From NCBI GenBank assembly GCA_944323785.1, contig CALUTU010000005.1, forward strand, positions 39,319 through 103,318: 64,000 nt of DNA, written 5' to 3'. Every line of letters begins with the position of its first letter. Position 1 is the stretch's first letter. The notes beneath the pieces are model-generated. The model had not been told where the DNA came from. It worked only from the letters and a program-made list of their open reading frames with translations, and searched no databases. The translations under genes were made by a program, and so were the position numbers. This DNA is from an uncultured Bacteroidales bacterium. Its GTDB lineage: Bacteria > Bacteroidota > Bacteroidia > Bacteroidales > UBA932. Of the stretch, positions 30,248 through 37,849 are shown one piece after another.

Positions 30248-31990
30248 TTATTCATACATAAGTTCTATATCGTCCACTGCCAGGATACTGCCGCCATGTA
30301 CATTGGCCGACAGGCCGCCGCCGTAGATGATATCCATACCGTACTGCCATTTATCCTTTCCTGAACCGCAGACAAACTCCACATATATAGTATCTGCCTT
30401 CAGGTCTGTCACGGTATAATTTATATCCACATAGACCTGCGTCCACGAGGAGACTGAGGACGAAGATGTGAGCGTGCCCTCTCCTATCACCGTTTCTCCG
30501 CTCTTTACCGAGATATAGGCCTTGAAACTGTCCGAATCATACGGTGAGTATTTGTACCAGAAGCTCATCCGGGTCGGACGGGAGGCGAAAGGACGGCCCT
30601 GCTCCCCGCCGTACACACCTGTGAATATGCGGCCGAAACCGACCGTTGGGAAAGGCGCCGTCCCGCTGGTCGCTGAATTGCTTACAGCAATGGTCATCAT
30701 CTGAGCTGCCCTGTTGCTTTCATGCCCCTCAACATAAGAGACCATCGGGAAACTCTTATAGGATGCACCGGTGTTGGTCCTGTTTCCGGGAGTTGTCTCA
30801 GAATTGTTGCAGTCCCACCACCTGGATTCCTCGTTCAGATAAGGAGCATAATTGGTCTGATATACATCATCCCCCCAGAACAATCCTGTCTTGTTCACAT
30901 AGTATGTCCATTCGCTCCACTCCTCAAAGCCGGCATTCTCCACCTGCTGTGCTGTTTCGGTAGTGAACTCCTGCACGGACGAGACGGCAGACTTGTACCT
31001 GGCACGTATCTCATATCTGGTGGCAGGCTCCAGCCCGGTAAGCGTCACACTGTTGACGCTGCCGGACACCGATGAGGTAAAGGACGGACGGCTCCATTCC
31101 GAAGCACCGTAGGCACGTACCTCCGGGTAGAGCTCCGCCGGATCTCCGTCAGTCGTCATATCCACATACACCCTGGTGGCCCAGACATCTCCGGCAGGAA
31201 TAGCGGATATATCCGCACCGGCCTTGTCGGGCAGCATGTCCGACGGCAGCTCGATATTGACCTGATGGTCATTTGTCGCGGGATCTATCGAGACTGTCAG
31301 AGAGACATCCGAATCGGGAACCTCGCCGGTATCTATCTTCAGGGTGATAAAGTCTCCAGGCTCGCCGACTATCTCCTTTGAGTTAGTGAAGCCTGAAGTT
31401 TCCCCGTCAGGACCGGTCAGTTCCACGTAGACAGAGATATCGCCGCAGGGCAGATATCCCGCTTCCTTACAGTCCTTATCAAAGACCAGTGAGCCGCGCG
31501 AAGTGCTTACAGTCGCCGTATATTCGGTATATTGCTTCCGAATATTGTCTCCGAACTCCACAGCTACCTTCACATTGCCCATACGGCAAGTAACGCTTAC
31601 ATCGGTCACCTGCTGAGGCTGCACGGTAAACTCCTGTTCTCCGATAAAGAAAAATGCATTGAATCCGCTCGCGGCAGAGTCACCGTAAGAAGCCCTCAAT
31701 GTATAGGGTCCTCCGGCGTTCATCGCGAATACGGTACTCTCCTGCGCCAGATATTCGGCATAGGTGTCCCATCTTTTGAAAATAACTCCCTGCGGATTGA
31801 TAATCTCAATCTTGAAGTCTTCCGGACTGAGCTGTCCCTCCGCATCGGCCCTGGTAGCAGTCAGGTCCGTCAGCAGTTCCAGGCGGATACCGCCCATTCC
31901 GGTCTCAAAAGGCACTTCTTCCCTGACAGAACAGGAAACAAGCGACACCAGGAGCAGGAGATACATTGGAAAAAATTTCGCTTTTCTCAT
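30248..31990 (-). CDS. Lipoprotein: DUF4493-like N-terminal module + FN3-like + PCMD-like domain (operon 1, gene 1)
   Basis: 580-aa ORF with lipobox SLVSC followed by SVREE. FN3-like segment VTLTGLEPATRYEIRARY. C-terminal module VENAGFEEWSEW...WWDCNNSETTPGN...LAVDDIELMYE. Confidence 0.75.
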   Translation of the reverse strand: MRKAKFFPMYLLLLVSLVSCSVREEVPFETGMGGIRLELLTDLTATRADAEGQLSPEDFKIEIINPQGVIFKRWDTYAEYLAQESTVFAMNAGGPYTLRASYGDSAASGFNAFFFIGEQEFTVQPQQVTDVSVTCRMGNVKVAVEFGDNIRKQYTEYTATVSTSRGSLVFDKDCKEAGYLPCGDISVYVELTGPDGETSGFTNSKEIVGEPGDFITLKIDTGEVPDSDVSLTVSIDPATNDHQVNIELPSDMLPDKAGADISAIPAGDVWATRVYVDMTTDGDPAELYPEVRAYGASEWSRPSFTSSVSGSVNSVTLTGLEPATRYEIRARYKSAVSSVQEFTTETAQQVENAGFEEWSEWTYYVNKTGLFWGDDVYQTNYAPYLNEESRWWDCNNSETTPGNRTNTGASYKSFPMVSYVEGHESNRAAQMMTIAVSNSATSGTAPFPTVGFGRIFTGVYGGEQGRPFASRPTRMSFWYKYSPYDSDSFKAYISVKSGETVIGEGTLTSSSSVSSWTQVYVDINYTVTDLKADTIYVEFVCGSGKDKWQYGMDIIYGGGLSANVHGGSILAVDDIELMYE

Positions 31991-32027
31991 TCGCTTCCAA
32001 TTAGGTTTAGTACTCCGTTACATCCGA

Positions 32028-32035
32028 CAAAAGTA
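32028..32035 (-). promoter_or_regulatory. -7 box TACTTTTG (lipoprotein operon 1)
   Basis: TAnnTTTG on the minus strand, 38 nt upstream of the ATG at 31990. Confidence 0.55.
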
Positions 32036-32078
32036 ACATTTTTTTCTCCCGCAGGACATTTCTTCCCGAAAAACTTCA

Positions 32079-32086
32079 TAAATTTG
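32079..32086 (+). promoter_or_regulatory. -7 box TAAATTTG (parE)
   Basis: TAnnTTTG 31 nt upstream of the ATG at 32117. Confidence 0.55.
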
Positions 32087-32116
32087 CAGGAGTCCAAATT
32101 TGGCTTTATAAAGATA

Positions 32117-33961
32117 ATGAGCGAAGAATTAAGAAATTACGACAGCAGTGCGATAGAGACCCTGGACTGGTACACCCACATCCGCACCAGACCGGGCATG
32201 TACATAGGCAGTACCGGAGACGGCTCGATGCCTGATGACGGCCTGTATGTACTGGTCAAGGAGGTGATAGACAATTCCATAGACGAATACGCGTCAGGTT
32301 TCGGAAAAGAGATAATCATAACAGTGGAGGGCCGTCAGGTAACTGTCCGCGACTTCGGCAGAGGTGTCCCCCTGGAAAAGGTGGTGGACGTATCCAGCAA
32401 GCTGATGACGGGCGGCAAGTTCGACAGCGGAGTATTCAAGAAGAGTGTAGGCCTAAACGGCATAGGTATCAAGGCCGTCAATGCCACATCTGTTTATTTT
32501 CAGATCACATCCTACCGTAACGGGAAATTCCGCAGCGCGACTTATTCAAAGGGTATACAGAAAAGCGACGAGAGCGGCGACAGCACCGAGAAGAACGGTA
32601 CGCTCGTAAGTTTCATCGCCGATGACGAGGTCTTCCACAACTACTCCTACAACATGGAGTTTATCGAGACCATGGTGCGCAACTACGCCTACCTCAACAC
32701 CGGACTCACCCTCAGGCTCAACGGTACCGTTTATCACTCGGCAAACGGCCTGCTCGACCTGGTCAACGAGACCATGGCGGCAGAACCGCTGTACCCTCCC
32801 ATCCATCTTAAAGGAGAGGACATCGAGTGCGTCATAACCCACGGAGAGAGCAACGGGGAGAATATCGCATCCTTTGTCAACGGCCAGAACACGACTCAGG
32901 GCGGTACACATCTCGCCGCTTTCCGCGAGGCGGTAGCCAAAACCGTCAAGGAGCATTTCAAGAAAGACTTCGAGCCGGCCGATGTCCGCCAGTCGATAGT
33001 CGGAGCCATCAGCATCCGCGTCAATGAGCCCGGCTTCGGCAACCAGACCAAGACCAAGCTCAGCTCGAAGGACGTGCGTCCAGGTCTGTCAGTCCGCTCA
33101 TTCATAGGCGATTTCGTGGAGGAGGAGCTGGACAACTACCTCCACAAGCATCCCGAGACCGCCTCCGTCATGCTGAAGAAAATACAGGCTTCGGAAAAGG
33201 AGCGGAAAGCCATATCCGGCCTGCAGAAGAACCTGAAGGAGAAGGTCAAGAAAGCCAGTCTCTGCAACAAGAAGCTAAGGGACTGCCGCGTACACTATAC
33301 CGACTCGCGCAACGAGCTCGCCGAGCTTTCGTCCATCTTTATCACCGAGGGAGACTCCGCCAGCGGCTCGATCACCAAGATCCGCGACGTGAATACCCAG
33401 GCCGTGTTCAGCCTCAGGGGCAAGCCGCTGAACTGCGTGCAGAAAAGCGAGAAGGAGGTCCGCGAGAACGAGGAACTGCTCCTGCTCAAGGCCGCCCTCA
33501 ACGTGGACGAGGATATGGACAACCTCCGCTACAACAAGATAATCATCGCGACCGATGCCGATGTGGACGGAATGCATATCCGCCTGCTGATGGTCAGCTT
33601 CTTCCTCAAGTACTACCCCGAACTGGTGCGGCAGGGACATGTCCATATCCTCCAGACACCCCTGTTCAGGGTCTGCAACAAGAAGCGGAGCATATACTGC
33701 TACAGTGAGGAGGAAAAGGAGGCCGCCGTCAAGGAGATAGGTTCCGGGGCCGAGATCACCCGCTTCAAAGGTCTCGGAGAGATCTCGCCCGATGAGTTCA
33801 AGGACTTCATCGGTGAGAATATGAGACTGGACCCGGTCCGTCTGGACTCGGATGACAGCATCCCTACTCTGCTTCAGTTCTATATGGGGAAAAATACCAT
33901 TGACAGACAGGCGTTCATCCGTCAGAATCTGAGGTCAGAGCTAATTCTGGAAATCGTATAA
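32117..33961 (+). CDS. parE: Type IIA topoisomerase subunit B, probably topoisomerase IV ParE
   Basis: Motifs PGMYIG, EGDSASGS and LRGKPLN, plus a TOPRIM domain, in a 614-aa product. The 195-codon N-terminal extension of the raw ORF overlaps the divergent operon and promoter, so it was trimmed. ParE versus GyrB is judged only from the short length. Confidence 0.8.
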   Translation: MSEELRNYDSSAIETLDWYTHIRTRPGMYIGSTGDGSMPDDGLYVLVKEVIDNSIDEYASGFGKEIIITVEGRQVTVRDFGRGVPLEKVVDVSSKLMTGGKFDSGVFKKSVGLNGIGIKAVNATSVYFQITSYRNGKFRSATYSKGIQKSDESGDSTEKNGTLVSFIADDEVFHNYSYNMEFIETMVRNYAYLNTGLTLRLNGTVYHSANGLLDLVNETMAAEPLYPPIHLKGEDIECVITHGESNGENIASFVNGQNTTQGGTHLAAFREAVAKTVKEHFKKDFEPADVRQSIVGAISIRVNEPGFGNQTKTKLSSKDVRPGLSVRSFIGDFVEEELDNYLHKHPETASVMLKKIQASEKERKAISGLQKNLKEKVKKASLCNKKLRDCRVHYTDSRNELAELSSIFITEGDSASGSITKIRDVNTQAVFSLRGKPLNCVQKSEKEVRENEELLLLKAALNVDEDMDNLRYNKIIIATDADVDGMHIRLLMVSFFLKYYPELVRQGHVHILQTPLFRVCNKKRSIYCYSEEEKEAAVKEIGSGAEITRFKGLGEISPDEFKDFIGENMRLDPVRLDSDDSIPTLLQFYMGKNTIDRQAFIRQNLRSELILEIV

Positions 33962-33973
33962 CACTCCCCGCTT

Positions 33974-34552
33974 ATGAGAATCATCAGTCCCAATACCGCC
34001 AAGCGCATACTCCATCTTATGGGATGGAAAGGAATGGACGAGGCCATCCCCGCTCCGAAATGCATCATTCTGGGAGCCCCTCACACATCCATCTGGGACT
34101 TCGTAATATCCTGGCTTTATTACCGTTCAGTCGGCGGCAACGCCAAGGTCATGATCAAGAAAGGCTTTTTCAAATGGCCCCTCGGTCCCATACTGCGGCA
34201 TCTGGGCGGTATCCCGGTAGACCGCAGCAGCGGAGGCGGAGCGCATCTGGTCCGCCAGATGATCGCCGAGTTTGAGAAAGACGAGTACTTCCAGCTGGCC
34301 ATTGCCCCTGAAGGGACCCGCAGGCCGGTAAAGAGATGGAAGGGAGGATTCCACACCATCGCGAAAGCCACAGGAGTGCCGGTGTTTCTCGGTTACTTTG
34401 ACTGGGGGACTAAAACTGTAGGAGCCAAGGAAGAGTTCCACATCACCGATAATGTAGAGGCTGACCTAAAGCGCATACGGCAATGGTACAAGGATAAAGG
34501 CGTAGTAGGAAAATATCCTGAGAAATTCACTACCGGGGACGACCTGGATTAA
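33974..34552 (+). CDS. 1-acyl-sn-glycerol-3-phosphate acyltransferase family
   Basis: 192-aa ORF with the HxxxxD motif (APHTSIWDF) and PEGTR motif (APEGTRRP). Confidence 0.85.
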   Translation: MRIISPNTAKRILHLMGWKGMDEAIPAPKCIILGAPHTSIWDFVISWLYYRSVGGNAKVMIKKGFFKWPLGPILRHLGGIPVDRSSGGGAHLVRQMIAEFEKDEYFQLAIAPEGTRRPVKRWKGGFHTIAKATGVPVFLGYFDWGTKTVGAKEEFHITDNVEADLKRIRQWYKDKGVVGKYPEKFTTGDDLD

Positions 34553-34564
34553 AAGGAAAGCATT

Positions 34565-36256
34565 ATGGACAACACACATCAGCGGTCACTTCGGGCACTG
34601 CTCGAGTTCGCCTTTACACGATATGCCGACAAGCCGTTCCTGCATTTCATCGACGGGCCCGGCTACAGCTACGGAGAGTTCCACGCCAAGGTCTATGAGA
34701 CCGCCGGACTGCTGGCCCGCTACGGTATGGGCAGAGGCGACCTCGTGGGGCTGCTCTCGCAGAATATGCCCAACTGGGGCGTAGCGTATTTCGCCACAGC
34801 CGCCTTCGGCATGATTACAGTGCCGATGCTTCCGGATTTTTCCGAGAGCGAGATCAAGCACATACTCAAGCACTCGGAGGCCAGAGCCCTGTTCGTATCC
34901 AGGAAACTGCTGCCGAAAGTCCTGCCGAAAGCCATTGACCGACTGGAGCTGATTATCTGCCTCGACGATTTTTCCATCATCAAGGGAGCTCCGTGCAGTG
35001 AGCCGGCAGAGCTGCCCTCCGAAGCGGACATACAGCCGGACGATCTGGCCGCCATCATCTACACATCAGGCACTACCGGCAGTTCCAAGGGCGTGATGCT
35101 CAGCCACCGCAACCTGTGCGCCAACCTCTGGTCCACCGAGGATGTCCGCCCGAGCTTCGACTGGGACGTGTGGCTGTCCCTGCTGCCCCTGTCCCACACC
35201 CTAGAGTGCAGCATGTGTCTCCTCCTTCCGATGCAGGCCGGAGCCAGCGTCAACTACATCGAAAAGGCACCGACACCGACCATTCTTATGAATGCCCTGG
35301 CACGGGTAAGGCCCACGACCATCCTCTCCGTGCCCCTTATTATAGAAAAGGTATACCGCAGCGCGGTGCTGCCGAAACTCACCGCATCACCTCTGCTCCG
35401 GTTCTTGCACCGCATCCCTCCTTTCAGGAAAATGATGCACCGCAAGGCCGGCCGGATGCTGATGGAAAAATTCGGAGGCCGCATCCGTTTCTTCGGCATC
35501 GGCGGGGCAAGGCTTGACCCCGAGGTGGAACGTTTCCTGCTTGAGGCCCGTTTCCCCTACGCCATAGGCTACGGACTCACCGAGACCTCGCCGCTCATCG
35601 CAGCAGCCACCCCGGACATGGTCCGGCTCGGATCCACCGGCCCGGTAGTCAAAGGCGTGGAGCTGCGTCTGCTCAACAAAGACCCCAGGACAGGCGTAGG
35701 CGAGATAGCCGTCAAGGGAGACAACGTCACACGTGGCTATTTCAAGAACCCCGAGGCCACTTCCGCAGCCTTCACCGAGGACGGCTGGTTCCTGACAAAG
35801 GATCTCGGCAAGCTGGACAAGGACGGCTGGCTCTACATCAAAGGCCGCTCCTCGACTACCATTATCGGCCCGAGCGGAGAGAACATCTATCCCGAAGAAG
35901 TGGAGAGCGTCATCAACAGCCACGATATGGTGTCCGAGTCCCTGGTCACCAACCGCAAGGGCAGGCTTACAGCCTTGGTTCATTTCGATTCCGATAAGCT
36001 CAAGGCCTTTCTCGAGTCCACTGACGAGCTGAAACGCACTGCTCAGGAGAAGCTGGAGAACCTCAAGAAAGAGATTCTGGACTACGTCAACCAGAAAGTC
36101 AGCAAATTCTCCCGCATCAGCGAGATAGACCCTCAGGAGGAGGAGTTCGAGAAGACTGCCACCCACAAGATCAAGCGCTACCTCTACGACGGCTCCAAAT
36201 CCAAAGACTCCAAATCCAAAGACCCCAAATCCAGCAAGCCCTCACACAGCAGGTGA
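34565..36256 (+). CDS. AMP-dependent long-chain acyl-CoA synthetase/ligase
   Basis: 563-aa ORF with the AMP-binding signature IIYTSGTTGSSKGV and GYGLTET. The K/S-rich C-terminal tail and stop codon lie inside the repeat-element tail. Confidence 0.9.
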   Translation: MDNTHQRSLRALLEFAFTRYADKPFLHFIDGPGYSYGEFHAKVYETAGLLARYGMGRGDLVGLLSQNMPNWGVAYFATAAFGMITVPMLPDFSESEIKHILKHSEARALFVSRKLLPKVLPKAIDRLELIICLDDFSIIKGAPCSEPAELPSEADIQPDDLAAIIYTSGTTGSSKGVMLSHRNLCANLWSTEDVRPSFDWDVWLSLLPLSHTLECSMCLLLPMQAGASVNYIEKAPTPTILMNALARVRPTTILSVPLIIEKVYRSAVLPKLTASPLLRFLHRIPPFRKMMHRKAGRMLMEKFGGRIRFFGIGGARLDPEVERFLLEARFPYAIGYGLTETSPLIAAATPDMVRLGSTGPVVKGVELRLLNKDPRTGVGEIAVKGDNVTRGYFKNPEATSAAFTEDGWFLTKDLGKLDKDGWLYIKGRSSTTIIGPSGENIYPEEVESVINSHDMVSESLVTNRKGRLTALVHFDSDKLKAFLESTDELKRTAQEKLENLKKEILDYVNQKVSKFSRISEIDPQEEEFEKTATHKIKRYLYDGSKSKDSKSKDPKSSKPSHSR

Positions 36257-36296
36257 ACCGAAACTCCGCCCAACCGGTATACCAGCACTCACTTTT

Positions 36297-36404
36297 ATGA
36301 AAATTCCAGCAGTCGAAAAGACCAGGCCCTCCCACCGCTTCGCGGCGGGCCCCTCCCTCTAGAGCCGAGGGCGGCTAGTCTTTTCTCGTTGCTGGAATTT
36401 CATA
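36297..36404. repeat. R2 long imperfect palindrome (~108 nt), copy 1
   Basis: ATGAAAATTCCAGCAG...GAAAAGACCAGGCCCTC...GAGGGCGGCTAGTCTTTTC...TGCTGGAATTTCAT. The arms pair over about 35 bp with small bulges. Confidence 0.9.
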
Positions 36405-36457
36405 AGAACACCATACGGAGGAAAGTGTAGTTTCCCCAAAGGCTGGCTTAATAAGAA

Positions 36458-36645
36458 CTTTTACAATGTCCAACACACCGCTCAAATGTATTGTGCTGAT
36501 TATTAAACGCATACATTTTGGCGATTTGCTGGACTGCCCGCTTTTTGCCATAAAACAACCATTTCACCCCAGGTCCAGCAGATGCTCTTTTTCAGAGTGC
36601 CTGTATACTAGGCACTTTCCCAAGCAGGCCCTGCTGGACCTCCCC
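36458..36645. repeat. R3 double-hairpin module, copy 1
   Basis: GTCCAACA...TGCTGGAC and AGGTCCAGCAG...CTGCTGGACCT stems. Nested perfect hairpin AGTGCCT-N7-AGGCACT at 36596-36616. Confidence 0.9.
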
Positions 36646-36661
36646 TGAAGTCTCATGCCAT

Positions 36662-36706
36662 GGGGGAAAGTGAACCGTTTTCGCGGAAAAACCCGGCACT
36701 TTCCCC
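36662..36706. repeat. R1 45-nt hairpin, solitary copy
   Basis: GGGGGAAAGTG-AACCGTTTTCGCGGAAAAACCCGG-CACTTTCCCC. Confidence 0.9.
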
Positions 36707-36749
36707 GCACTCCATTCACCCCCTTTAAGAACCTGACAGCATAGACTCT

Positions 36750-36857
36750 ATGAAAATTCCAGCAGTCGAAAAGACCAGGCCCTCCCACCGCTTCGCGGCG
36801 GGCCCCTCCCTCTAGAGCCGAGGGCGGCTAGTCTTTTCTCGTTGCCGGAATTTCATA
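36750..36857. repeat. R2 long imperfect palindrome, copy 2
   Basis: Same as copy 1 with one arm substitution (TGCCGGAATTTCAT). Confidence 0.9.
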
Positions 36858-36910
36858 AGAACACCATACGGAGGAAAGTGTAGTTTCCCCAAAGGCTGGC
36901 TTAATAAGAA

Positions 36911-37098
36911 CTTTTACAATGTCCAACACACCGCTCAAATGTATTGTGCTGATTATTAAACGCATACATTTTGGCGATTTGCTGGACTGCCCGCTTTTTG
37001 CCATAAAACCGCCATTTCACCCCATGTCCAGCAGATGCTCTTTTTCAGAGTGCCTGTATACTAGGCACTTTCCCAAGTAGGCCCTGCTGGACCTCCCC
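36911..37098. repeat. R3 double-hairpin module, copy 2
   Basis: About 98 percent identical to copy 1 by eye. Confidence 0.9.
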
Positions 37099-37114
37099 TG
37101 AAGTCTCATGCCGC

Positions 37115-37477
37115 GGGGGAAAGTGAACCGTTTTCGCCGAAAAACCCGGCACTTTCCCTGGAGGTGGAAATGCCAAGTGCGGCGAGAGAGGCCTGTGGAG
37201 CCAGTGCCCCGGCCGGCCACGGGGGAAAGTGAACCGTTTTCGCCGAAAAACCCGGCACTTTCCCCGGAGGTGGAAATGCCAAGTGCGGCCAGAGAGGCCT
37301 GTAGAGCCGGTACCCCGGCCGGCCATGGGGGAAAGTGAACCGTTTTCGCCGAAAAACCCGGCACTTTCCCCGGGGGTGGAAATGGCAGGTGCCGCCAGAG
37401 AGGCATGTGGAGCCGGTACCCCTGCGAGCCACGGGGGAAAGTGAACCGTTTTCGCGGAAATTCCCGGCACTTTCCCC
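37115..37477 (+). repeat. 106-bp tandem repeat array (3 full periods, 4 R1 hairpins)
   Basis: R1 hairpins start at 37115, 37221, 37327 and 37433, an exact 106-bp period. The ~61-nt inter-hairpin segments are also about 85-90 percent identical to each other. Confidence 0.95.
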
Positions 37478-37537
37478 GAGGGTCTAGGACAAGGGGAGAA
37501 AAAACGCAAAGGTGGGACGAAATGTTGAATGAAATGA

Positions 37538-37833
37538 AAAGGTAAAAGGGCATGTGACTGGAGGGCTGACGAGGATGATGTGGGACGGAAAGGTAAAAGG
37601 GTATGTGACTGGGGGCTGACGAGGATGATGTGGGACGGAATGGCACAAGGGCGTGTGACTGGAGGGGCTGACGAGGATGATGTGGGACGGAAAGGTAAAA
37701 GGGTATGTGACTGGGGGGCTGACGAGGATGATGTGGGACGGAAAGGTAAAAGGGCGTGTGACTGGAGGGGTTGACGAGGATGATGTGGGACGGAAAGGCA
37801 CAAGGGCGTGTGACTGGAGGGGCTGACGGGACA
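37538..37833 (+). repeat. ~52-bp G-rich, C-poor tandem repeat array (~5.7 units)
   Basis: Unit is AAAGGTAAAAGGGYRTGTGACTGGRGGGCTGACGAGGATGATGTGGGACGG. Units start near 37538, 37589, 37640, 37692, 37744 and 37796. Confidence 0.9.
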
Positions 37834-37849
37834 AGAATGAGACGGGATG

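Larger units (their letters stand above)
36296..37157 (+). repeat. Direct duplication of a 453-bp mosaic unit (R2 + R3 + R1)
   Basis: 36296-36704 and 36749-37157 are collinear with about 7 mismatches by eye. The offset is exactly 453 bp. Confidence 0.95.

Noticed and set aside
31532-32116. 195-codon N-terminal extension of the parE ORF.
   Set aside because: It overlaps the 5' end of the divergent lipoprotein gene and both promoter boxes. Homology-like sequence begins only at MSEELRNY (32117).
37170-37444. Three 20-codon micro-ORFs with GGAGGT-N4-ATG, considered as real CDS features.
   Set aside because: I did not call them as genes. Bacteroidetes generally do not rely on Shine-Dalgarno sites. 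The peptides are Ala/Gly-rich with no recognisable motif, and only three copies are available for substitution analysis. I kept them as a hypothesis inside the tandem-array finding.
37115-37477. Possible CRISPR array, with 45-nt palindromic repeats at a regular 106-bp spacing.
   Set aside because: The ~61-nt 'spacers' are about 85-90 percent identical to one another. There are no cas genes in the window and the repeat also occurs singly elsewhere. This is a tandem repeat, not a CRISPR array.
37538-37833. G-quadruplex-forming potential of the G-rich 52-bp repeats.
   Set aside because: G-runs of 3 or more are separated by loops of about 9-16 nt. This does not fit the canonical G3+N1-7 pattern, so I have no basis to claim G4 formation from sequence alone.
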